Shown here in pieces: positions 40,470 through 54,941 of a stretch of DNA of 64,000 nt; the first letter of the stretch is position 1; each line of letters opens with the position of its first letter. The stretch comes from Eledone cirrhosa (taxonomy: Eukaryota), in contig OZ024758.1 of NCBI GenBank assembly GCA_964016885.1, positions 7,998,001-8,062,000 of the forward strand, read 5' to 3'. The notes beneath the pieces are model-generated. The model did no database searches, was not told where the DNA came from, and saw nothing but the letters and a program-made list of their open reading frames with translations. The position numbers and the translations under genes were made by a program.

Positions 40470-40882
40470 GTATAATATGTACTCGTATATAATACACACC
40501 CCTATATGTACTCATATATAATTTACACCCACCTAATATGTCCTCATATAATTTACACTCCCTAATATGTACTCATATATAACACATCCCACCCTTGCAA
40601 GCAGGGAAAAGCAGACATAAAATGATGATGATGATGATGATGAACACATACCCTTAATATACACTCATATATAATACATACCCCTAATATGTACTCATAT
40701 ATAATACATATCCCAAATATGTATTCATATATAACACTCACCCCTAATATGAACTTATATATGACATACCCCTAATATACACTCATATAATACACACACA
40801 TAATACACACACGTAATATATACTCTTATTTAATATACACCCCTATATGTACTCATATATATAAGATACCCCTAATATATAC
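40470..40882. repeat. Degenerate tandem repeat of about 30 bp (tactcatatataatacacacccctaatatg) with inserted RTE-type tails
   Basis: Repeated units, with tails at about 40588-40642 and 40886-40938. Confidence 0.75.
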
Positions 40883-43288
40883 TGAACCCATGCTAGCGTG
40901 GAAAGTGGACGTTAAACAAGGATGATGATGATGATGATACCCCACTAATATGTGTGTCACAACAAAAAGTGCCCAGCACACACTGTAAAGGTGTGTTGGT
41001 GACACGACAAAAAGTGCCCAGTCCACACTGTAAAGTTGTGTTGGTGACACGACAAAAAGTGCCCAGCCCACACTGTAACGGTGTGTTGGTGACACGACAA
41101 AAAGTGCCCAGCCCACACTGTAAAGTGGTTGTGTAGGTCTCATGACGATGTCTTGCTCATACAGAACTGTTTTGGGCTTGGTTTCTATGGTTGGATGCCC
41201 TTCCTAACATCAATCACATTTACAGTATGGGCTGAATGCTTTTTGTCATGACACCTACATGACCACTTAACAGTGTGTACTAGGTGCTTTTTGTTGTGAC
41301 ACCAACACAACCACTTTATAGTGTGTACTAGGTGCTTTTTGTCATGACACCTACATGACCACTTAACAGTGTGTACTAGGTGCTTTTTGTTGTGACACCA
41401 ACACAACCACTTTATAGTGTGTACTAGGTGCTTTTTGTCATGACACCTACATGACCACTTAACAGTGTGTACTATGTGCTTTTTGTTGTGACACCAACAC
41501 AACAACTTAACAGTGTGGACTGGGTACTTTTTGTTGCGCAACATGGCCACTTTTTAGTGTGGCCTGAGTACTTTTTGTTGTGACACCAACACAACCACTT
41601 TATAGTGTGGCCTGAGTACTTTTTGTTGTGACACCAACACAACCACTTTATAGTGTGGCCTGAGTACTTTTTGTTGTGACACCAACACAACCACTTTATA
41701 GTGTGGCCTGAGTACTTTTTATTGTGACACCAACACAACCACTTTATAGTGTGGACTGAGATCCCAAATCCTTCTAGAGGCATAAGGTTATGCAAATGTC
41801 TTTGTTATTGTTTTGTCCTATATTACATGATATGTAAGCCAATTCAGAAAGAGATTCAACACATCTAGAACTATCTTGAACCACTGTTCAAAGAGATTTT
41901 CATTGAAATACTCTATACTATACCTTAGTTGCTGTAAACACAGAATGTTTGCTGACCACATATTCCTCTCTGTAAAATGGTAAAACAACAATTTTCTCAG
42001 CTATCTCAATATTCTAAAAGCATTCTTCGTTTCTCTAACAATACAAAAGGCAGATTCTTTTTTTCTTTTTCTTTTTCTGGTGAATATAGTTTACAGGAAT
42101 CGGCATAACAAGATATAGCAAATATTGATATATTATAGAATTTTATTAATCAGTTACTGCCTGCATTTATTGTGTGTGTGTACATGTGTGGTTGTGTGTG
42201 GTTGTGTGTGGTTGTGTGGTTGTGTTCATGTATGAGTGAGTGTATGTGAGTGCTGTGTATATGCAGTTTGTGTGTGTATGTTTGTGAGTGCTGTGTCTGT
42301 GCAGTGTGTATGTGATGTGCAGTGTGTGTGTGTGCAGTATATTTGCTATTTGTTTATTACACCATAAATCAACTTTGTCTATGATATCAAAATGAAGATA
42401 TGGAATTATAATTTAAAATGAAAATAATAGTTAACTGTAGCAGAAACTTCTAGAATGCTAGGTATGTTATTAATGTATGTGTTGTGTATTGGGTTTTTTT
42501 TATATAAATATTTCAAATTTTGAAAATATTTCAAATCCATCTGTAGTGTGAAAAATATGTTTACATTATTTGGTATAATTTACTTTATCTAAAAGAATTT
42601 TTTTTCTCTCTCTCCCTTACAAACACACTGAAGAAATTTACCTGACAAGCTTATTTCTTTTGATGTCTCTGATATCTGATTCAATCATACTGCATGTGTT
42701 AGATGCTTAAAGAATATATATTGACTAGATTAATAAATCATTTTGATCAATTCCTCTGAATTAAAAGTGTGTTGCATTGCATTAGAATTCATCATCATCA
42801 TCATCATCATCATTTCAATGCTGTCATGGGTTGAACGGATTGTTTGTTACAGACCATGTCATTACTTAATCAGAGCTTCTGTCCTCCTACATGGGTTTGG
42901 AATCCATATCTCTCATTTTTAACCCTTTAGCATTCACATTACTCTATATATACTATTATATTTCCATGGTAAGGCTTTACCTCACATAAATATCTCACAT
43001 AATATCGAATCTATGAGATTTTGAAAGTATTTATTTTGAGAACAATACCTTAACATCAGTTTAAGTGACCAGTTACAGCCAGTTTCAACAGAAAGAGGTA
43101 GAGAATTCTTTCCGGTTTTGGCCAGTTTGAACATTAAAGGGTTAATATGGTGTTTATTGCTGAATGCCATTCTTACAGTCAATCATTTTACACAGTGTAC
43201 TGGGTGAATTTTATCATGGCTCCAGCACTATAGAGGCTGTCATGCCCTTGATATGGCTGAAGATACTTCTCTACCCAGTTTCATCATC

Positions 43289-43320
<32 letters not shown>

Positions 43321-43846
43321 ATGTCCACTTTTCCCTGCTTGCAAGGGTGGGACGGGTCCTATTCAGCACAGCATCTCTCCATTCATCACGGTCCTTCATC
43401 ATCTCCTCCGCGAGCTTCAGTGATCTGCAGTCAGATTTCACTATACATCAGATTCAGTAAATTCTCTGTACACAACACATTTTCTTAAAGAATTAATTTC
43501 TAACCCTATAACAAGTCACATTCCACGCAATTACCATCCATTAGTAACCGTGTGTATCCAGTTTAGAATGGGTACAGTAAAATGAAGTTATTTTATCGAT
43601 CCCATAAGGCAAAACTAACCTCAGCGGTATTTGAACTCAAAACGTAAAGGGACATAACTCTATGCCGCTAAGCATGTTATCCAATGTTTTACCAATTCTG
43701 CTAATCAATCGCCCTATTTAGGCACAAGGCCAACAATGTGTGTGGGGAGGGGAAAGTAATAATTAACAAGTACATATAATATCCATATAGAAAAATTTAA
43801 TGAAGATTTATTAATGAATTTTTATGAATTTCTTTTTCTTACACAG

Positions 43847-43903
43847 GATGTTTACTTTGAATTTCTTATGTCACTACAGAAAGAAAATCAACTTATTAAA
43901 AGT
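43847..43903 (+). CDS. NUP188: NUP188-like exon (DVYFEFLMSLQKENQLIKS)
   Basis: Boundaries tctttttcttacacag| and |gtaagt, 57 nt, phase 0-0. Fills the expected gap between HPY and the PTWETHG exon. Confidence 0.8.
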
Positions 43904-45679
43904 GTAAGTAAATCATATTCTTTTAACCGTTATTCATCGAAAAAACAACCACATTTCCATTATATTTTCTTCAAATACCATAACTCAGTAAATGTGGAGA
44001 ATATTTATAACCTGAATGGTGATTTAAAGAGATAAACAAAATTAGTTCCCTAAAAAATGTCTTGGCAAAGAGTTCTGAAGCAAAATATTTTTATAGAAAA
44101 TTAGCGAATATACTTGATATAAGCCGAAGAATATGTAACAAAAAAAATTGATGATAAAAGCTGGGTTGGCTCATATTCCACATAGTTTCTGTCTAGAAGT
44201 CTTTTATTAACCAAAGTCTATAGTAAAGGTACTTGCCTCAGATGCTATACTATGGAATAATTGTTTCTACTTTTGGCACCAGGCCAGCAATTATCCCAGT
44301 GCATTACTGGTACTTTATTTTATCGACCCCCGTAAGGATGAAAGGCAAAGTTAACCTCAGCGGGATTTGAACTCAGACCGAAAAGGGACGTAACTCTATG
44401 CTGCAAAGCATGGCGCCCAAATCTCTACCGATACTGCCAATCTATCACCCTATACACTATGGAAAAATATCCAGAACATTGTGAAGTGAACTTCTTAAAG
44501 ATTCAGCACTGTCTATATCCATGAAATGAGTTTATGTATGAAGATTTACTGTATATATTTGTATATAAACCAAAAAATCAATAACCAAAAAATCAATGGT
44601 AGAAAGGGGGTCAGCTTATATTTGGGGTCAATATTTTGACAATTTTCACCAACTTCTAATTCTACATAAATAAGGTTTGGATTTTTGCCCATTTCTCAGA
44701 CATAAAATACTGGTATCAGCTTATAATTCTTATCGGCTTATAGTCGAGTATATACAATCATATAGGTGTCACGACAAAAAGTACCCAGCTCACACTGTAA
44801 ATGTTGTTGGCGTTAGGAAGGGCATCCAGCCGTAGAAAACCAGCCCCAAAACACCCAGCCCACACTGTAAAGTGGACGTGTAAAAGACACGGCAAAAAGC
44901 ACCCAGTACACACTGTCAATGTGGTTGGCGTTAGAAAGGCCTTCCAGCCGTAGGAAAACAACTAGAAACACTCTTATATGAGCGAGACACGGTCACCTGA
45001 CTCAACTTGCCTCTAAATGGGACAAACCCATCTAACCCATGCTAGCCTTGATGATAAACATTAATCGACGACGACAATACAGTAAGTGTTGTATTTAGTG
45101 CAAGGTTTATGGAGGAAGAACAAGATAAACAGAGAAATATTACGAGCCTGATTGGGCTGTAACTCAATAGAAACTCGGAAGGAATCTCAGAGTTCTTAAA
45201 TATAGAAACTATTTATTAGTATAATATCGGTGGAACAGAAAATTGAAAGTCCCTAAGTGGGATGAAGAAAAAAAGGAGATCAAAGTGGTTGTATTTAGTA
45301 ATTAAGTAGATATACTTGAAAATATTCCATATAGGTACCATTATCAGCTATTATTGTCAACAATATATACCTATATATATATTTATATATATATATATAT
45401 ATATATCAAACTGCCCATGAGATATTTGTGGTTCTAGTTTTTGTCTACTTCAAATAGAGAGAAATAAGAAACAAAAATGATAACTTCCTTTTTATTTGAT
45501 TTATATTTGCAGTTTGCTAATTGAAAAGATTTTTACTTCTGTATATTTATTCTTCCTTGTGTTTTATAAGTAGGAAAATATAGTCATAAAGAAAGATATT
45601 TTCTTATTGATATTTCTTTTTAATCTATGGAAGCATAGGAATAAAATGAAGAATATATATATATATATACATACATACA

Positions 45680-45714
<35 letters not shown>

Positions 45715-45834
45715 TATTATTATTATTATTACTATATATATATATAAGCAAAGGGATATTTAATTTGTTGGTAATTCAACAAATATATATATTTATAACT
45801 GATTAGAAGCACTCGACAGGTTTTCTGGAGTATA

Positions 45835-46161
45835 ATATCAATGATATTAATAAATGGAAACTATATTTATAAAACTGTATTTATTCTATTATATATATTT
45901 CAAGGGTACCAAAACTTTGGTACGCCCTCATCAGATAAAATACAAAGTTTGTTTTATAAATATTGACATATCCAGGAACGAGACCTTCACGGTTCAAGTT
46001 TTACCTGGATAGTCAGGTAAAACTTGAACCGTGAAGGTCTCGTTCCTGGATATGTCAATATTTATAAAACAAACTTTGTATTTTATCTGATGAGAGCGTA
46101 CCAAAGTTTTGGTACCCTTGAAATATATATTATAGTTTCCATTTATTAATATCATTGATAT
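45835..46161. mobile_element. Fold-back element with hammerhead cores in both arms
   Basis: Arms 45891-46007 and 46014-46130 (117 bp, one mismatch), 6-nt spacer gatagt. An outer inverted block of about 30 bp lies beyond an indel. Confidence 0.8.
45882..45942 (-). ncRNA. Type I hammerhead ribozyme (family B) in the left arm of a palindrome
   Basis: Minus strand reads TATTTTAT-CTGATGA-GGGC GTACCAA agtt TTGGTAC CCTT-GAAAT ATAT ATA-ATAGAATA. 8-bp helix I, AUA site. Confidence 0.7.
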
Positions 46162-48112
46162 ATCATCATCACCATCATCATTTTACATCCGCTTTTCCCT
46201 GCTTGCAAGGGTGGCACGGGAACTGATTCTGGCTTGATTTCTACAGCTGGATGCCCTTCCTAACACCAACCACATTTACAGTGAGTGCTGGGTGCTTTTT
46301 TTCCGTGGCGCCTCCACGTCCACTTTACAGTGTGGGCTGGGTGCTTTTTTTGACGTGACACCACGACGACTTTGCAGTGGAATGATAGGGACCCCAGTCC
46401 TATCATCTCATTTCTACAGCTGAGTAAACTGAAGCAATGTGAAATAAAGTGTCTTGCTCAAGGAAACAGCACATCACCCGGTCTGAGAATTGAACTCACA
46501 ACCTTTCGATTGCAAGGCCAATGCTCTAACCACTAAGCCATGTGTGTGTGTGTATATATATATATATGTGTGTGTATGTGTATATATATATATATGTGTG
46601 TGTATGTGTATATATGTGTGTATGTATATATGTATGTGTGTATGTATATATATATGTATTATTATTATTATTATATTACATTCAAAGTAAATATATAAAT
46701 ATATCATTGTCTTTTCTATTTTCACAAATACTTCTCTATCCAATACTTTAAAACATCAATCCCTGTTACAATGGAATCCTTCAGTCAGTTAATTCTTAAC
46801 AATTGGCAGTTCTTTTGATTTTTGTAGAATTTGAACTAAGTTCTGTGTATCCATCCATTTTCCAAACCAGTTTAGAATATAATCACTTAGTCATTTTGTG
46901 TCCTCTACCGAGAACAATATTCCTTTAAACTGCTGCATTACATTCTTCAAGAAAATCCCATTAAATCATTGTTTTCTTTTATTATACTATATTGAACATA
47001 TCTGTATATTTGCATTATTGACTCAGTCAAAGATGATTTGTTCTTTTAAGACAGTATAGTAGCGTAGAATAAAGCTTGCTTGCTCATCGTAACCTATGAC
47101 AAACATATTGTGTATATATATATATCAAAACGACCACTTGTCAGATGCAGGACTCAGAAGAAATCACATGCTACATAATTTCCATGAGTAAAAACCCATA
47201 TCTTTTGATGATACAGCCTTTATCTCCATGCTTCATCTCTCTCTATGAATAATAACACTCCTTCGTATATCTACATAATAATGATAATATATCTATAAAT
47301 CATGTGATATGTCATATCAGTCTGCCACCGTAACATTTCAGAAAACTTGGCCAAAGTCAAAATAATATTAACTTCTAGTTACAACTATTTTTGATTAATG
47401 GGCATAAGTGATGTTACTATTAAATTAATTACACTATTATTATTTTTAATAACACTAGTGTGTTCATTAAAAAAAACTATTGTTGATTTTGCAGTGCATG
47501 ACTTTTAATAAAACCTCTCATCCAGACTATTACTGGCTGTTACATTAAATTTATTTACAATAAAACATAATTGTTTTTCAAACAAATTTATTAGCCTCTA
47601 CTTTTTATAGAAATGGCATATTTTAATTAACTGAATAAACACTGAATACAATTAGCTTTTTTGATAATTAGATCATACTAATTCATTTAGAATTCAATGA
47701 CTAATTTTTTTTGTTCAAATTTTTATTTATTTAAATATATATTTGGTTTGTGGGAGATAATGAAAACTGAAATTAATTGTAAAAGCAGTCATTTTTTTTT
47801 TATTTTCATTTATTCAATTTAGTAACTGACCTCAATCCTAGTGAGTCATAAGTAATGCCACTCTTTTGATACCAAACCACCCAAAACTGTCCCTGGTTAG
47901 GAAGAATACAAAACTATTTTTTTTAAGTGTTTATATTCATCTAAACACCTGCCATCATAATTTTATGTAAGAACATTTATTATAATCCAAAGATCCCCAA
48001 AAATACTAATGATATGACTAAATCCTTCCAAATACTTGGTTATTTTCAAAATTAATTGAAAGTAGTGGGACAGCGTCTTTTATTAGAAATATAACAAAAA
48101 TGTTATTATACA

Positions 48113-48414
48113 AACCTCAATCCCTGGACTATTATATATGGGGTGTAGTTGAAAGAGAGGTCGATCATCATCTTCACATCACTATAGAATCTCTCAAGTA
48201 TCCCCTAACTCATCAGGCCTCAATCCCCTGGACTTATGGGACATAGTTGAAAAAGAGAGTTCAATCAGCACCCCACAACACTATAGATTCTCTCAAGTCC
48301 ACAGTTATCAGCACAATGTCCAGTATCAATAGAGGTCATCTGATTCAGGCATGCCAACACTTCATACCTCGTATTGAAGCAGTCAGTGAAGCTAACGGAG
48401 GATTTACTGAATAG
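48113..48414 (+). mobile_element. Tc1/mariner-superfamily (maT-like) transposase C-terminal relic, partly duplicated
   Basis: Frameshifted PNS..LNPLD..W..VE..H.TI.SLK..LIQACQHFIPRIEAVSEANGGFTE*. The LNPLD..SLK segment occurs twice. Confidence 0.75.
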
Positions 48415-49829
48415 ATATCATAAATGTATTGTAAATTATATTTGTACCAATTTATATCTAAATATATCTTTTCTTTGGTGTGCTATGCCTCTTTTTCTAA
48501 ATTCTTGCAAATTTCCTCAACACCTGATGCACCTTGTGTATGAGAACATTTTTGCTTATTTTTTAATTAGACAAAATCTTTTTAAGTACAAGTATACCCC
48601 CTGAGAATGTTTTTAAAAACCAATTGTAGAAAGAGTGATTGATGGAAGTTTTTGTCAAACTACTTACACTGCCTCTTTTTATTAGATGTTTGTGCTATAA
48701 GATAAATAATAAGGAAAAAGGAAACTAAAATCCTTTGAAAACAATGCTGGTCTGCATTGGCAAGTAATAAGTACAGAAAACTGAACAAAATATAAGTTAG
48801 TATCTTGTGTGGGACCCTTCTTGAAACATCTGATTTCTCATCTTCCAACAATATATTTTAGAAAACATTACTTTTTTTTTAGTTAATATGAAGCATTGTG
48901 AGATATGCAATAAATGACCAATAAGTTTCAAAAAGCCAGTACAATGCATGTGAGCATATGTGGGCTACAAGGTCACATGTTAAAAATGTAGTTCCTCGTA
49001 CATCGGAAGTACCGTTCTCTGGATGTTGCACATATGGATCAGGGAACACATGATGATGAAAGCTTCTGTTAAAAATCATTTTAACTGATGCCACAGCCAT
49101 GACATTGAAGTCACTATAGAGGCAACGGATAGGAATGTGGGCAATTTAAGAATCAAAGTGGCCATTACCATCAACTAGAAAAAAAACAGATAAATAATAG
49201 ATTGGAAATACATGAAGCAGGCGGGTTACTGTAATCCCTTCACACATGTGTAGTTCAGATACATAGACAGTTAAGGAAGAACGTATTGATTATTTGTTTT
49301 TGTTTTGAACCATTTTTGCTTCACATTAGTAAAGAGGGCATTAGCCCTGAAATATGTTGAAATATACTGGGTAAAACATTGCTTTGTTTTGTCATCCTTT
49401 GTCATCTTTTGCTCTTTATATATTTCTACCACATTGTACTGGTTTTTTAAAACTTATCAGTCATTTATTACTATTTTTCTTTATGTTTTCTCTGGCAGGG
49501 AAATGGCATCCCATATTTCTTAACACAGCTTTTGAGACAAGTGGGAGAGAAAGAAGGTTATCTTCAGACTGGAGACCTGGTTCAAATGTTAGCAACAAGA
49601 ACCAGGTGGTGGTGGTGGTGTTAAACCAAGAGACATTAAGTCTGCTATGGAATTAAGCCACAATGGGATTTGAACTAAGAATGCAAAGAGACAGAACAAA
49701 TACTGTAGGGCGTTTTGTCATTTTGATACTCAAATAATTCTGCCAATCTACCACCATGCATTGGTACTTTATTTTATCAAACCCAAAAGAACGAAAAGCA
49801 GACTTTGGTACAATTTGAACTCATACCTT

Positions 49830-50130
49830 CTTTTCTTCTTCTTCACCCACTTCTTCCCGAGGGGCAGAGTCGTCAAACACTCCTTCCAGCAGGTCCTATC
49901 TGAAGCGACCATCTCCAAATGATCCGGCTAGATCCCCAAGTGAGACCAGCCAAGCTCATGGATGTTATCCAACCATCTTGCTCAGTGTCTACCCATGGGT
50001 CTCATGCCAATTGATTTTACACATAAAATCTGTCCAGTGATTCTTTTCCTGCCACATGCCTGTAGTAATCAGAGCTGTGATCTCTCAATTCGGAGAAGTT
50101 ACGGCTCTACCTGGAGTAACTCTGATCTCC
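49830..50130 (-). mobile_element. RTE LINE 3' fragment, same family as 20010-20330
   Basis: Reverse-complement similarity (ggatgttatccaaccatcttg, caaacactccttccagcaggtcc). Confidence 0.75.
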
Positions 50131-51872
50131 AAGCTACACACTTTATTGAACTCCTACCATTTTCAAACATCATTATCTTGCATATATTCTTTGAAACATC
50201 TGTAAATATAATAAAAGCATTCATTTTAGCTTAAACCTTTCATGGCCATATTTCTAATGAAATACACACACTAATTAATTAATAATTTAGAGGGATTTAC
50301 TAAAATTAATTATCATTTCATTACTAAGATAGTAAATTAGTATATTGCTCGTATATAAAATGATGTTAAAAGATTTTTTATTTAAATAGGAACTCTTTAC
50401 AATGGGTGGATTTGTTTATAGAACCAGAATTAGTTTTAGCCAGGTTGGTATGAAAAGGTTTAACACCTGGAAACACCTTTCGTTATATCTTATATGCTAG
50501 TGTGAAACAGATGATTGTTTACAATATTCATTTATTTAGTTTTTGCTGTAGTTTTTTTTTTATTTGTTTTTAACACAACACCAATGCTCTAATCCATTTT
50601 ACCACAGTCCATTGAAGAAGAGTTCTGAGTTCAAATCGTAGCTGAAAAATATGCAGAAATAGAAATATGACTCATGAGAATGATTCAAAGCATAACCATG
50701 TTTAAAACATTAAAATACTGTGTTAGATAGATACATGAAAGAAGGTTTTTTGTTTAAAAAAAAAAAAACAACAACAATAATTTTACTTTAATTTCAATGT
50801 TTTATTTCCCCAAACATTGACATTATTAGATTGAATAATTAATCTCAGCATTTTGTTTTTGTTTTTTCTTCTAAGAGTTACATTATTATTACATTGTTGG
50901 GGATAATATTTTGCTGGTGTTTTACATATAATTTTGGTTATCACAAGTGAGAATGTTAAAAGAAAGAAAAAGTAAAAACGAAAAAAAAACAGCTCTTAAT
51001 TTTTTCATTCGAGAATTTCAAATTACATTTTATTAATGTTTCTGTTGAAAATAATGCAACCATATAATATAACCAATATTACTAATAACAAAAAAAAAAT
51101 AAATAAAGTCTCTCTCTATTTTTTATTAAAATGAAGTTATTTGAGAGAAGTACAGCAACTACAAGTGCTCCTTATCAGATATTCCAGCAATTTTACCCTC
51201 TTTTACCAACATTGCCGGCATCAAGATTTTCTTACTGACATTTTATTATTACCACCTGTTAGTTATGAGAATATAAGACATCATCTCAATCATCATCATC
51301 ATTGAAGTAAATTATTGATTTCATTCTCTATCTTATTCTCACATCCATACTCCATACAAACAGAGGAAATTATTTTATTGTTAAATTATTAATGGAATTT
51401 TTCTTTTCTTTTTTTTCTTTTTTTTTTTTTCTTATTTTCCACCTGTGAAAGGAAGTTGTTTGATTGCTATAACAGTATGAATTATGAACTTCAAAGGAGT
51501 TGCTGCAGTTTAATTTTCCCTGCTGAAACCAGCATATTAAAGTTGTCTTTATGACAGTGTAGAAATTTGGAATTGGTGAAAAAAAAAAAATCAAAATTCC
51601 TCTTGTGCATTTCTGGGCGGTGTTTTCTTTCTTTTTTTTTCCACCTTTTTATATTTCAACAGACAAAATTCTGGGTTTATCCTTAGAAGATAACTGTAGT
51701 TAAAGGGATACCTTGAAGCAAATCCAAAGATATAATCAGTGGCAATGCATCAATGTTAATGCTGAAAGTCATGTATTATTCATGGCAATGCATAGATATT
51801 TGTTTTCTTTCATGATTACCTTAACAAAACAAGTAGAATTATATATACTGGTTCATCATAAATTAGTGCCTT

Positions 51873-52170
51873 TAGATTTATTTTTACTAACTCTCTAAAA
51901 GATAGTTTTGTATAACTATAGCTCTCACCTTCATATAGATTTATTTCTACTAACTCTCTAAAAGGTAGTTTTGTATAACTATAGCTCTCACCTTCATATA
52001 GATTTATTTCTACTAACCCTCTAAAAGATAGTTTTGTATAACTATAGCTCTCACCTTCATATAGATTTATTTCTACTAACCCTCTAAAAGATAGTTTTGT
52101 ATAACTATAGCTCTCACCTTCATATAGATTTATTTCTACTAACTCTCTAAAAGATAGTTTTGTATAACTC
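51873..52170. repeat. 63-bp tandem repeat, about 4.7 copies
   Basis: g(a/g)tagttttgtataact recurs at 51901, 51964, 52027, 52090 and 52153. Confidence 0.9.
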
Positions 52171-53756
52171 TAGTTCTGGGAGGTTGATCAATCTTGAAAC
52201 AAAAAATTGAAGCAAGCAACACACATTACATTAACAAATGTTCCATCAACAAGCCTTTTACAAAATTGGACTTCATATGTTTTTCAATAAATGATGTTTT
52301 CACAATTTAACTTTCAAGTGTTTCCACTGGGACTCAGATATATCTATACTCTTAAATATAATGCCAAGAGTTTCTGAAGAAATAGATCAAGGAAAAATGT
52401 GCTGTATAATGTACAGAGGCAAAATATATTATTAAGATCTCACCACAAATGTATGCTACCTAAGGTTTCAAACTTTAACCAGCATATGGCAGAGATATTC
52501 TAAATCTGCTAAATTAGTGATCATCGGGCAAAACCAATGCTGAACAGTAATGCACTGGTAATTACTGGCCTTGTGCCTAAAGTAGAAACAATTATTTCAT
52601 ATATGAGTGTTATTTCATATACTCTAAAATATATAACATTTCTTTCCTTGGTGCTGTTAAAAAAAATAATATTGTGATGATATAAAAACATCTGAATGTC
52701 AAAACATTTCAGACAAAATACCCCTGTGTTGTGGTTTCAAAATAGAATTTATCTACTTTATTGTTGTCCTACAATGATAAATGCTTCTCCTTATCCTTTG
52801 GCCCCTTCTGTTTGGTTGCAACAGGGCATTGCCTTCATCATCATCATCATCATCATCATTTTTATGTTGGTTTTTCCATATTTGCATGGGTTAGGCTTAG
52901 TACAGTTTCCCTTTACTTTTCTCTTTCCTGTGTCATCTCCTTTATGAGTTCCAGCGTCTTAATATTTATCATTCACTTCTTCTGGCCACATCTTCCTTGG
53001 TCTTCCTCTTCCACTACATCTGGCCACATCTTCCTTGGTCTTCCTCTTCCACTACATCTGGCCACATCTTCCTTGGTCTTCCTCTTCCACTGCTTCCTTC
53101 CATTTGAAACTCCTCACACTTCTTCACCCAACAATCATCAGTCACACACCACAGCTCTAGAACCAACTATATCATATATATATATATATGTATATATATA
53201 TGTGTGTGTGTGTAACCAACATATCATTTATAACAATAATTAACAAGTTTAAAGTTTTCTTTCAATATAAACTGTTTTGTAAACACTTTACTCAAATATC
53301 TCCCTTTTGTTTCTGTCGTGTAACAAGTTAGTCTATCACTCTCTATCACTCTCTACACGTGGGAGGGGGTCAGTGAAATTGTTTAGCTGCTAATTAACCC
53401 TTTAGCATTTAAACCGGTCGTATCTGGTAAGAATTCTCTCACCTCTTTCTGTTCAAACCAGCTGTAACCAGCTGCTCATACTGATGTTTCAGGGTGTCTC
53501 TCTTGCCATCCTCTGGGGCAATGTCTTGTCAATCTTTTCAGCCGGGACCACGTGGCAGACTGACCCTTAAGTTATGGTGGTGGCATGTGGATAAGATTTA
53601 CTTCCAATGATAGTGCTCCAGCCTATCGGCTGAACACATATTAGAGTGATAAAGTAATAAGCATGATTAGTAAGAAAGTGAAAACATTTAAACACACAAA
53701 TAAATAAATGCATATAGAACCATATTTGTATGTAATAAATGGTTATTCATTTCATT

Positions 53757-54081
53757 TCATTTTACGTCCGCTTTTTCCCTGCTTGCAAAGGTGGGACGGG
53801 AACTGATTTTGGCTTGATTTCTGCAGCTGGATACCCTTCCTAACACCAACCTCATTTACAGTGAGTGCTGGGTGCTTTGTTTGCTGTGGCACCTCCACGA
53901 CCACTTTGCAGTGGAATGATAGGGACCCCAGTCCCTATCATCTCATTTCTACAGCTGAGTAAACTGGAGCAATGTGAAATAAAGTGTCTTGCTCAAGGAA
54001 ACAACACATCACCCGGTCTGAGAATTGAACTCACAACCTTTCGATTGCAAGGCCAATGCTCTAACCACTAAGCCATGTGCC
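53757..54081 (-). mobile_element. Young tRNA-headed SINE with RTE-type tail; very similar copies at 25833-26157 and 46162-46545
   Basis: Head ggcacatggcttagtggttagagcattggccttgcaatcgaaaggttgtgagttcaattctc. Tail cccaccttTgcaagcagggaaaagcggacgtaaaatga is shared with the LINE at 9220-9717. Confidence 0.85.
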
Positions 54082-54353
54082 TGAAAAAAACAAAAACAAT
54101 GCAGCTTAACCCTTTAGCATTTAAACCAGCCATATCCTGCCAGAATTCTCTCACCTCTTTCTGTTCAAAGTATTGTTCTGAAAATAAATATCAAAATCTC
54201 ATAGATTCAATATTATGTGAGATATTATGCAAGATAAAACCTTCACTGTAGAGTAATGTATATGCTAATGGGTTAATAACAATACATTTGTGTATTATTG
54301 GATTCATTAGCTCTTGTTAATCTAATTTAATAGGCTATGCTTGTGAAAATATG

Positions 54354-54549
54354 ACCATATATACTCAAATATAAGCTGACACCCACTATTTTATGTCTGA
54401 GAAATGGGCAAAAATCCAAACTTTATTTATGTAGAATTTGAAGTTGGTGAAAATCATCAAAATATTCACCCCCAAATATAAACCAACTCCCTTCTACCAT
54501 TGATATTTTGGTCACATATTCCTTGGCTTATATTTGAGTATATATGGTA
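54354..54549. mobile_element. MITE of about 195 bp (pogo/Tigger-like ends); related copies near 680-1069, 26435-26648, 44530-44756, 61386-61570
   Basis: TIRs accatatatactcaaatataagc / gcttatatttgagtatatatggt and shared body tatgtctgagaaatgggcaaaaatccaaac. Superfamily assignment is inferred. Confidence 0.7.
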
Positions 54550-54941
54550 TACTTCTAATCAAAGACACTGTCTATAATTTTCAAATTATTTTGAAAATAA
54601 TCAAGAATTTGGAGGGATTTAGTAGATAACTAATTTTTCTCATTATTAAGCTGATGTTTGGAACATAACTTAACAAAGTTTCCAACAAGAAATGGCGAAG
54701 AAAGGTTTTAAACAGCTTAGTATTGTGAAACCAGGGGTTAAATTGTTGATAGTTTAAAATAACTGTTTCTACTTTTGACACAAGGCCAGCAATTATCCCA
54801 GTGTATTACTGGTACTTTATTTTATCGACCCTGTAAGGATGAAAGGCAAAGTTAACCTCGGCAGGATTTGAACTCAGAATATAAAGGGCCGTAACTCTTT
54901 GTTGCAAAGCATGGCGTCCGACCCTCTACCGATACTGCCGC

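Noticed and set aside
54005-54081. tRNA gene candidates in SINE heads
   Set aside because: A/B boxes are present but the cloverleaf is incomplete and each runs into a SINE body.
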